Below, piece after piece: positions 20,408 to 27,914 of a stretch of 64,000 nt of DNA. A program made the translations under genes and the position numbers. The number at the start of each line of letters is the position of its first letter. The first letter of the stretch is position 1. Below the pieces are notes generated by a model, which worked only from the letters and a program-made list of their open reading frames with translations, had not been told where the DNA came from and searched no databases. Origin of the DNA: Terriglobia bacterium (GTDB taxonomy: Bacteria; Acidobacteriota; Terriglobia; Acidiferrales; UBA7541); the NCBI GenBank assembly GCA_963695545.1, contig OY968796.1:3616001-3680000 (forward strand), given 5' to 3'.

Positions 20408-20863
20408 GTGTCTGGCGAAATGTTGCGCGACTACACGCCTGCCGATTTCGACGCCCTCTACAAACTCGATCGCGTCTGCTATCCGCGCGGAATCGCTTAC
20501 TCCCGGCCCGAGCTGCGTTGGTTTCTCGCACAACCCGGCGCGCTGTGCGTTGTGGCCGAAAGCGAAGGCCAACCTGCGGGCTTTCTCATCGCCGATCGCG
20601 AAGCATCGCAGGCGCACATCATCACCATCGACGTTGCGCCGGAGCACCGCCGCCGCGGCGTCGGCACGCAGATGCTCGAAGAGATCGAACGCCGTTTGCG
20701 CGCGCTTGGCGCGAGCGAAATCAATCTCGAAACCGGGACCGACAACCAAGCCGGCACGGCTTTCTGGATGCGCCACGGCTATCGCACGATCGGAATTCTG
20801 CAGGGCTACTATCCCGGCCCACAAGACGCCTACGCCATGCAGAAGCGCCTGTCTGCGAAATAA
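20408..20863 (+). CDS. RimI-like GNAT N-acetyltransferase (start may be ATG 20420)
   Basis: HIITIDVAPEHRRRGVG acetyl-CoA motif; N..G..FW..HGY...YY...DAYAM. Confidence 0.88.
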   Translation: MSGEMLRDYTPADFDALYKLDRVCYPRGIAYSRPELRWFLAQPGALCVVAESEGQPAGFLIADREASQAHIITIDVAPEHRRRGVGTQMLEEIERRLRALGASEINLETGTDNQAGTAFWMRHGYRTIGILQGYYPGPQDAYAMQKRLSAK

Positions 20864-21063
20864 TTCCGCGCCGCAGATCTGAACCGCGCAGTCGCGCAGC
20901 CGAATTCTCGGCGTTACCTCCGGAAACACACCGCGAAAATCCTCGTTGCCTACTGAATTGTCCTTGCTATAGTCATCTTGCTGTCGGTCTGACTCAGCCT
21001 CGCGCGTTAGCGCCCGCGCGGCTGGACCGCGGCCCCGTCCTTCCCCCCGGACCGGAGATTTGT

Positions 21064-23406
21064 GTGCGTGTATTAATCCCGACTGAGAACCGTCGATTGA
21101 ACGAAATGGTGGGCTTTGTAGGTATCACCGTTTCAGTGCTGATCTTTTTGGCGCTGGTGTCCTACAACCCGCACGACGCCTCCTTCAACGTCTCGGCGCC
21201 CGCGCCTGACGCTCATTCCGCCGTCAATTGGATCGGCCCCGTCGGCGCTTACGGCGCGGATTTGCTGTTCCAATGCCTTGGGTACGCCGTTTTTCTGTTG
21301 CCCGTCGTGATGTTCACGCTCGCGTGGCGCTGGTTCCGCTCGCAACCGGTGGAATCTCCCGTCTCGAAAATTGTGGGCTGCGCGCTGCTCGGAATTTTTC
21401 TGCCCGCCCTCCTGGCGCTCTGGCATTGGCCTGATGTGCGCGGAGCGATTCCGCCCGGCGGAATGTTCGGCCATCTGGTCGCAAGCGGCTTGCTGGCGGG
21501 CCTCAACACAGTAGGTGCGAATGTTGTCGCGCTGGCCGCGTTTTTGGTTTCCCTGTTTCTCACCACACGCTTTTCCTTCGAGGCCGTGCACGGATTGGTG
21601 CGTGTGCCGATGAAACGCCTCGATCCGCTCGGCCGCATACGCGACCGCTGGGCGGCCTGGCGCGAATCGCGCGAAGAATTGCGCATGAAGAAGCGCCTGG
21701 TGGAAATCAAGACCGTCGGCCGCCAACCCGTCGCGTCGCAAGTGCCCGGCCCGGCAACGCTACTGCTCAAGAGCGCTGCGCCTGAAGTCGAAATTGACGA
21801 CGACGCGCCGGAGCCGCGATCGCCGATCGAAGAAGCCTTGTCCGGCCCCATCTTGATGCACCGGCAAGAACAGAAGCCCGCGCCCACAAAATCTTCCGGC
21901 GAACCGAAAATTGCGCGCGCCGCCGGCGGTTTCCGCCTGCCGCCTCCTTCCCTGCTGCACTCGGCGGAGCGCGGCGAAAAAATGAAGGAAGAGGACCTCA
22001 AGGAATACGCGCACGCCATCGAACAAAAATGTCAGGAATTCGATATCGGCGGACGCGTCACGCAGATCAATCCGGGTCCCGTCGTCACCACGTATGAATT
22101 CAAGCCCGAAGCCGGCATCAAATACAGCCGCATCACCGGCCTTGCCGACGATTTGTGTCTCGCGTTGCGCGCCGAATCCATTTTGATCGAGCGCATTCCG
22201 GGAAAATCTACGGTGGGCATCGAAGTGCCCAATCCGCACCGCGAAACGATTACGTTGCGCGAACAGATCGAATCTTCCGAGTTCGTGCATTCGCCGTCGA
22301 AACTCACACTGGCGCTCGGCAAAGATCTGATCGGCCGCAGCCGTCTTTCGGATCTCGCGCAGATGCCGCATTTGCTGATCGCCGGCTCGACGGGCACGGG
22401 CAAGAGCGTGTTTTTGAACGCCATGATCATCTCGATGCTCTACAAGGCCACGCCCGACGAATTGAAACTCGTGATGGTGGACCCCAAGCGCCTCGAGCTC
22501 GGACTGTACGAGGAGATTCCGCATCTGCTCGCGCCAGTCGTCACCGATCCGAAAGTGGCCTCGAATGTTTTGCGCAACGCGACGCGCGAGATGGAACAGC
22601 GCTTAAAACTCTTGGCGCAGCGCGGCGTGCGCAACATCGATCAATACAATCGCACATTCCAAAAAGGCCAATCGCTCTCGCTCTTTGAGGATAGCGACGA
22701 AGCCGAGCATCGTCCTCTTCCCTACATCGTGATCGTGATTGACGAATTGGCCGATCTAATGATGGTCGATACCAACAACGTCGAACAATCCATCACGCGT
22801 CTCGCGCAAATGGCGCGCGCCGTCGGCATCCATTTAATTCTTGCCACGCAGCGCCCGTCGGTCGACGTGATCACCGGCCTCATTAAAGCCAATTTCCCCG
22901 CGCGCATTTCTTTCCGCGTGGCCAGCAAAGTGGATTCGCGCACGATTCTCGATGCCAACGGCGCCGAATCGTTGCTCGGCCGCGGCGACATGCTCTATCT
23001 GCCCGCCGGCTCCGCGCGCCTGCACCGCATCCACGGACCGTTCGTCACCGAAGAAGAAATCACCGGCGTGTGCGATTTCTGGCGCGCGCAAGCGAAAGCC
23101 GTTTACAACGAACGCCTGCTCGACCCGCCACGCGACGAACAGCAATCGAACGAAGAAGGCGGCGAGGGCGGCGGCGAAGAAATCGACGATGCTCTCTACC
23201 AAGAGGCCGTGCGCGTGTGCTGCGAAATGGGTCGCGCTTCCACTTCGACGCTGCAGCGCCGCCTGCGCGTCGGCTACGGCCGCGCCGCGCGCCTAATCGA
23301 TGTGATGGAGAAAGACGGCATCGTCGGCCCCGCCGACGGCACAAAACCTCGCGAAGTCCTGAAAGGCAAAGACTGGATTCGCGAATTCGAGTCGAATCGC
23401 CGCTAA
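21064..23406 (+). CDS. ftsK: DNA translocase FtsK
   Basis: N-terminal TM domain, GPVVTTYE, GIEVPN, PHLLIAGSTGTGKS, VIDELADLM, ATQRPSVDV and gamma domain LQRRLRVGYGRAAR; GTG start chosen by its GGAG RBS. Confidence 0.96.
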   Translation: MRVLIPTENRRLNEMVGFVGITVSVLIFLALVSYNPHDASFNVSAPAPDAHSAVNWIGPVGAYGADLLFQCLGYAVFLLPVVMFTLAWRWFRSQPVESPVSKIVGCALLGIFLPALLALWHWPDVRGAIPPGGMFGHLVASGLLAGLNTVGANVVALAAFLVSLFLTTRFSFEAVHGLVRVPMKRLDPLGRIRDRWAAWRESREELRMKKRLVEIKTVGRQPVASQVPGPATLLLKSAAPEVEIDDDAPEPRSPIEEALSGPILMHRQEQKPAPTKSSGEPKIARAAGGFRLPPPSLLHSAERGEKMKEEDLKEYAHAIEQKCQEFDIGGRVTQINPGPVVTTYEFKPEAGIKYSRITGLADDLCLALRAESILIERIPGKSTVGIEVPNPHRETITLREQIESSEFVHSPSKLTLALGKDLIGRSRLSDLAQMPHLLIAGSTGTGKSVFLNAMIISMLYKATPDELKLVMVDPKRLELGLYEEIPHLLAPVVTDPKVASNVLRNATREMEQRLKLLAQRGVRNIDQYNRTFQKGQSLSLFEDSDEAEHRPLPYIVIVIDELADLMMVDTNNVEQSITRLAQMARAVGIHLILATQRPSVDVITGLIKANFPARISFRVASKVDSRTILDANGAESLLGRGDMLYLPAGSARLHRIHGPFVTEEEITGVCDFWRAQAKAVYNERLLDPPRDEQQSNEEGGEGGGEEIDDALYQEAVRVCCEMGRASTSTLQRRLRVGYGRAARLIDVMEKDGIVGPADGTKPREVLKGKDWIREFESNRR

Positions 23407-23592
23407 CGCCGCGCCCCCCGCCGCGCGTCAAATTCCGATCAATCCGCAGTTCGCAGCCTCGCTGCGCAGCAGTCCTAGTACCTGTTCATAACGGTACAGA
23501 CGCGGTGCCTTGCATTTCATTAGCATGTTCTCGCCCCGCATCTACGTTCCCGCGTGTGGAGCAACCGAGACACGGATGTTAGGGAGGGCAAA

Positions 23593-24516
23593 ATGATATT
23601 GCGAACTTTTCCCGTATTGCTCCTGGCGATGGTGTTCACGTTGTTGGCGGCCAGCGCCCGCGCCGACATGATTCTCGGATACGATACCGACTTGTCAAGT
23701 GCTGCGGTCCTGGCTGGCTCCACGGTGACCAACACCGGCCCGACCACCATCACTGGTGACGTGGATCTCTATGCGGGCACTTCAATCACCGGTGAGTCAG
23801 ACATCACCCTAACAGGAGCAAGCGTATACGAGGACACGACGCCGACCGCGATGGGAGCTCAAGCGGACCTCACCAGCGCATTGACGGAGCTGGAAGGCCT
23901 GGGGCCCGGAACTACGTTGTCGAGTTCGAACCTGACTGGCCTGACTCTCGCTCCGGGCGTCTATACCGTCCCGGGGGCCGCGCTACTGAATGTGGATGGA
24001 ACGGTAACTCTAGACGGCGAGGGCAACGCCAATGCAGCGTGGGTTTTCCTGGTGGATGGATTCACCACCGGAACCGGCTCGTCGGTCGATGTCGAAAACA
24101 CCGGCGCAGGTGCTGGCATTTTTTGGGTCGATAGCAGCTCCACGACTCTCGGCGTAGACAGCTCATTCGAGGGGAATATTCTCGCGTCCACAAGCATCAG
24201 TCTAGACAGCGGCGCAACAGATGACTGCGGCAGAGCGTTGGCGTCAACCGGCGCGGTAACGATGGACAATAACACCATCTCGATCGGCTGCGCGGGTACC
24301 GAAGGCAACGGCGGCAGCGGTTTCAGCGGCGGCCTCTCGGTCACTCCTGAAGTCGCCGGTCCGGCGCTGGTCAGTGTACTGCCCTCGAGCCCCGTGGTTC
24401 CGGCTCCGGAGCCCGGCACGTTTGCGTTGCTCCTGTCCGGGCTGCTCGCAATCGGTCTATTGGCGCTCCGCAAGTTGCGCTCAAGCCCGCGAATAAGTTG
24501 CGCGGATATCCTCTGA
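23593..24516 (+). CDS. Ice-binding-family (DUF3494) protein with C-terminal PEP-CTERM sorting signal
   Basis: Signal peptide; AVLAGSTVTNTGPTTITGD, LTGLTLAPGVY, TLDGEGNANAAWVF, FEGNILA and GRALASTGAVTMD; APEPGT-hydrophobic-RKLR tail. Confidence 0.88.
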   Translation: MILRTFPVLLLAMVFTLLAASARADMILGYDTDLSSAAVLAGSTVTNTGPTTITGDVDLYAGTSITGESDITLTGASVYEDTTPTAMGAQADLTSALTELEGLGPGTTLSSSNLTGLTLAPGVYTVPGAALLNVDGTVTLDGEGNANAAWVFLVDGFTTGTGSSVDVENTGAGAGIFWVDSSSTTLGVDSSFEGNILASTSISLDSGATDDCGRALASTGAVTMDNNTISIGCAGTEGNGGSGFSGGLSVTPEVAGPALVSVLPSSPVVPAPEPGTFALLLSGLLAIGLLALRKLRSSPRISCADIL

Positions 24517-24598
24517 ATCGTGCAAAGAAAAAAGCCCCGTGCAAGCTCCTCCCTCGCCGCGCGCGCGAATCGCGTGCGTGCGCTGCCGCGCCTCCGTT

Positions 24599-24627
24599 TT
24601 GACTGTTACTTGCCGCGCCAGTAGAAT
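24599..24627 (+). promoter_or_regulatory. Sigma70 promoter of tRNA-Phe
   Basis: TTGACT-N17-TAGAAT, 15 nt upstream of the tRNA. Confidence 0.8.
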
Positions 24628-24642
24628 GTCTATCGCCCCGGT

Positions 24643-24717
24643 GCCGGGGTAGCTCACCGGTAGAGCGCGGCCCTGAAAAGGCCGGCGTAGGCAGTTCAAC
24701 TCTGCCCCCCGGCACCA
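24643..24717 (+). tRNA. tRNA-Phe(GAA)
   Basis: Full cloverleaf: GCCGGGG/CCCCGGC acceptor, GCTC/GAGC D-stem, CGGCC-CT GAA AA-GGCCG anticodon arm, GGCAG-TTCAACT-CTGCC T arm, encoded ACCA. Confidence 0.97.
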
Positions 24718-24755
24718 TTTCTGCGCAGACCGAAATCAATCAGAAAAAATCGCCA

Positions 24756-25436
24756 TCAATTCTTGACGTAGAGATCGGGCAGCGATTTCCGCAATTTATC
24801 CAGCTTAGGCGCGTCGTACATCATGATGTACATGCTGTCAGGATTACGCCGGGCGTAATCCTGGTGGTAGTCCTCAGCCTGATAAAAAGCCTCCAGGGGA
24901 ACAACTTGCGTAACGATCTTGTCGCGATAAGCGTGCTCTTGATCGATCTGCGCGATGTAGGCTTCCGCGATGCGCTGCTGATCCGGATTCGCATAGAAAA
25001 CGATGGAGCGATACTGCGTGCCTTCGTCAGGCCCCTGACGGTTCAGCTCCGTCGGATCGTGGGCCACCGAGAAAAATACTTGCAGTAATCGTCCGTAAGT
25101 AATTTGCGAAGGATCGTAAACGATTTTCACGGACTCGGCGTGCCCCGTACTGCCGCTGCTGACTGCTTCATAGTCGGGGCTCTTCACGTTTCCGCCGGAG
25201 TATCCATCCGTTGCGCTGATCACGCCCTTTACGTGCTCAAATACGAGCTGGATGCCCCAGAAGCAGCCGCCTGCGACCACGGCGGTCTGCTGGCCGCTCT
25301 GCGCGGCCAGCGAATCGTCCACCGTGGGAGCCGCGATCGGCACCGTCGCACTCGCCGCATTGCGGGTTGCCAGCGCGCCAAATCCAAACAAGCCCACGAT
25401 GATTGCAGCGCTGATTCCAAAAGATCGAAAAGTCAT
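24756..25436 (-). CDS. msrA: Peptide methionine (S)-S-oxide reductase with signal peptide
   Basis: AGGCFWG, TGHAE, HDPT..NRQGPD.GTQYRS and AEDYHQDY. Confidence 0.96.
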   Translation of the reverse strand: MTFRSFGISAAIIVGLFGFGALATRNAASATVPIAAPTVDDSLAAQSGQQTAVVAGGCFWGIQLVFEHVKGVISATDGYSGGNVKSPDYEAVSSGSTGHAESVKIVYDPSQITYGRLLQVFFSVAHDPTELNRQGPDEGTQYRSIVFYANPDQQRIAEAYIAQIDQEHAYRDKIVTQVVPLEAFYQAEDYHQDYARRNPDSMYIMMYDAPKLDKLRKSLPDLYVKN

Positions 25437-25471
25437 TGGCCCTCCTCGCGCAAATTGCGGCGCGACGTTAA

Positions 25472-26071
25472 TTAAGATGCCTTAGCGAACCGCAGCGCAA
25501 CGGAGTTCATGCAATAACGCAATCCAGTCGGCGGCGGCCCGTCGTCAAAAACGTGTCCGAGGTGAGCATCACAAAGCCGGCACCGCACCTCGGTTCGCAT
25601 CATGCCGAGGCTCACATCCGTATCTTCCAGCACGTTTTCTTTCGCGATGGGCTCCCAAAAACTTGGCCAGCCCGTGCCGGAATCAAATTTGGTGTCGGAA
25701 CTGAAAAGCGCGTTATCGCAACAGATGCAGCGGAACACGCCCTTGTCATGCTCGTTCAGAAGCGCCCCGGTAAATGGCCTCTCTGTGTCCGCATGCCGCG
25801 TCACGTCAAACGAATCGGAGGACAACTGCGCCTTCCATTCGGCCTCGGTTTTCCTGATCATGGGTTCTGTTATGACTCCTTTCCTTTCGCCCGCGTCGGT
25901 GAACTCGACGATCGTCACTTGCTTCGGAGGCTTGTCCGGCGCCGCCTCCACGCGGTCAGGATCGTTCCGCTTGTAGCACCACAGCGCAAATCCAACCACC
26001 GCCGCGCCCGAAGTCGCGATAAACGCCCTCCGCCCAATCTCGCGGCCAATATTTTGATCTCGCTCAAACAT
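25472..26071 (-). CDS. msrB: Peptide methionine (R)-S-oxide reductase with Tat-like signal
   Basis: GRRAFI leader, TERPF, CICC/CRLC Zn sites, SGTGWPSF, HLGHVF.DGP and RYCMNS; AAGGAGG RBS. Confidence 0.96.
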   Translation of the reverse strand: MFERDQNIGREIGRRAFIATSGAAVVGFALWCYKRNDPDRVEAAPDKPPKQVTIVEFTDAGERKGVITEPMIRKTEAEWKAQLSSDSFDVTRHADTERPFTGALLNEHDKGVFRCICCDNALFSSDTKFDSGTGWPSFWEPIAKENVLEDTDVSLGMMRTEVRCRLCDAHLGHVFDDGPPPTGLRYCMNSVALRFAKAS

Positions 26072-26232
26072 GGCCACCTCCTTCACCGCGCCGCGAACGC
26101 CCGCATAGGCACGATCACCGTTGCTTCGATCCTATCAACCTGTACGGAAAAGGCGAAATCTCGGATGTTTGAGCCGGCTGTGGCGTCACCAATACACGGA
26201 CGGGCGCCGAAATCGCGGTGGGGTTGGGATGA

Positions 26233-26776
26233 GGGGTGTACACCCCCGGGTATGTTTTGCGTAAGAGCGGCAAACAAAGGACTTCCAGGAAAAGAGTGAC
26301 GAAGAGTGCGTAATCGACTGATTACGATAGAGTTGCGTGTGTTTGTTTTCAATGAGTTGCGCACTCTTTTGGATGGGCCTGAAGACAAATGACTTAGAGA
26401 GACGCTCTCGCACAACAAATGATTGCGAAGCGCGGAAAGAGCGGCGCTGCGCAGAGGTACGGACGCGAGGAGAGTGTGGAACGGCCCTTCCCTCCTTCGC
26501 CGAACCTGTGGCGGACACGCGACTCGCCGGCCGCGGACCGCGCATCCGGGGCTCGCACCGAGACAACATTCGGGATGCAGGACGAGCAATCGCTTGACGG
26601 GATGGGAAAATTCGGAAGTTTGTCGCGCGCTCACAGCACCTTATAGCACGGTAGTACCCAAGTGTCAAACATATTCTGTGGGTACACTATTCGAATACAA
26701 GGATTGGCGCGAGCTGCACGAAGCCGAGAAGAGGCCGCCAACGGTCGCACAAAGGTAAATCGCCTCCAATTCGAAC
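26233..26776 (-). repeat. Dispersed promoter-bearing intergenic element, copy B (core about 26233-26398)
   Basis: Homologous to cores A and C; ends in perfect palindrome GGGGTGTACACCCC (26233-26246); TATTCGAATA at 26688-26697. Confidence 0.8.
26640..26668 (-). promoter_or_regulatory. Sigma70-like promoter of element B
   Basis: Minus strand TTGACA-N17-TATAAG with extended TG; spacer contains GGTACTAC, as in promoter A. Confidence 0.65.
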
Positions 26777-27238
26777 GAGGACCATCTGCTCAATCTTGGT
26801 CTGCGATGTAAACATGCGACCTCCGAAAAATCGGGGTCTGTGGAGGTTAGCAGCGTGTCCCTGCCGCTTGCCGGGTACACGTCAATCTGCCGCCACAGCG
26901 TGGCGAGCCTGTCCGGCTTCTGGTTCCCTTCCGGCGTATCAATTTCCCTCGTGAAGGAGCTCGCTGGCACGCCCGATGCCAGAACAAACCCAGGTCGGGC
27001 AGGTTTCTGGAACGCGCCGGTACACAGTGTGCAGGAGATTGCGCAATGGAGTTACTCGGCAATTAACACATGAGCCCATGGACGCGGGCCCAGATTACTC
27101 TAAGCGGAAGATAATACGACGCTTACTATAGGGTCCCAAGGCCCCGCGCCAAGCTCTCGACATGGGCTTTGCCGTGCTTGAGAATGCACACGCGCAGTCC
27201 TGTGCCGCGAGTCTTTGTGAGATTTCGAGGGGAGAAAA

Positions 27239-27880
27239 ATGAAGCTTACACTTACGTCAGCCTTGCTGCTCGGGGCCCTTGTGATTTTCGCATCAGCCGC
27301 CCGAGCCACTACCATTCGTCCCGGATCAAACTATGGGCCTGGGACGACTTACACTGATTGCAGTACCGGGGTGTCCAGCCCCTGTGAAGGGGCCCAAACG
27401 GACGGCACCGTTGACATCGGCGGGACCACGTACACGGTGTACCAATTCGCGTCGGGCGACGCGGCAGATGACCTGATTCAACTGGTAGACTTCACCGACG
27501 TCGGCGCTGGAGATACCGTCACGCTTCCCGTATTGAACACCGGCCTCGAAATCGGCGTCTTCAGTTGCGGTGATCATCCACTAGATACTCCCGTTACTGA
27601 GGTTGAGGATAGCGGAGGGTCCCCGCTGCCGGTTGAGCCGCCCTGCACGCTGGACGGCGATGCGACTTCCGTCACGCAGGGCACCAACGTCGAGCAATTC
27701 ACAAATGACGGTAGCGGGTCCATAGACAATCTGGTGCTTTACACGCTGAACGGGAACCTGAATACCGCGAGCGTCGCAGCGCCGGAACCCGGATCATTGG
27801 ACCTGTTGGGATTCGGGTTGATTGCGGTGGCGCTTTTTGCGAGGCGACGACGGCAATCTCAAGTTTCAGATGCATCGTAG
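27239..27880 (+). CDS. PEP-CTERM sorting domain protein
   Basis: Signal peptide (ARA|TT), Thr/Gly/Asp-rich body, APEPGSLDLLGFGLIAVALFARRRR tail; GAGGGGAG RBS. Confidence 0.9.
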   Translation: MKLTLTSALLLGALVIFASAARATTIRPGSNYGPGTTYTDCSTGVSSPCEGAQTDGTVDIGGTTYTVYQFASGDAADDLIQLVDFTDVGAGDTVTLPVLNTGLEIGVFSCGDHPLDTPVTEVEDSGGSPLPVEPPCTLDGDATSVTQGTNVEQFTNDGSGSIDNLVLYTLNGNLNTASVAAPEPGSLDLLGFGLIAVALFARRRRQSQVSDAS

Positions 27881-27914
27881 CCGGTCGATCGCGCATCGGA
27901 ACTCGGTTGACAGC

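Noticed and set aside
20518..21063. N-terminal extension of FtsK in the ORF track
   Set aside because: Overlaps the acetyltransferase gene and has non-coding-like composition; GTG 21064 has an RBS
23490..23515. Sigma54 promoter upstream of the PEP-CTERM ice-binding gene
   Set aside because: TTGCA is present but there is no GG at the -24 position
26780..27230. Possible pseudogene or small ORFs
   Set aside because: No recognisable motif, RBS or codon bias; left unassigned
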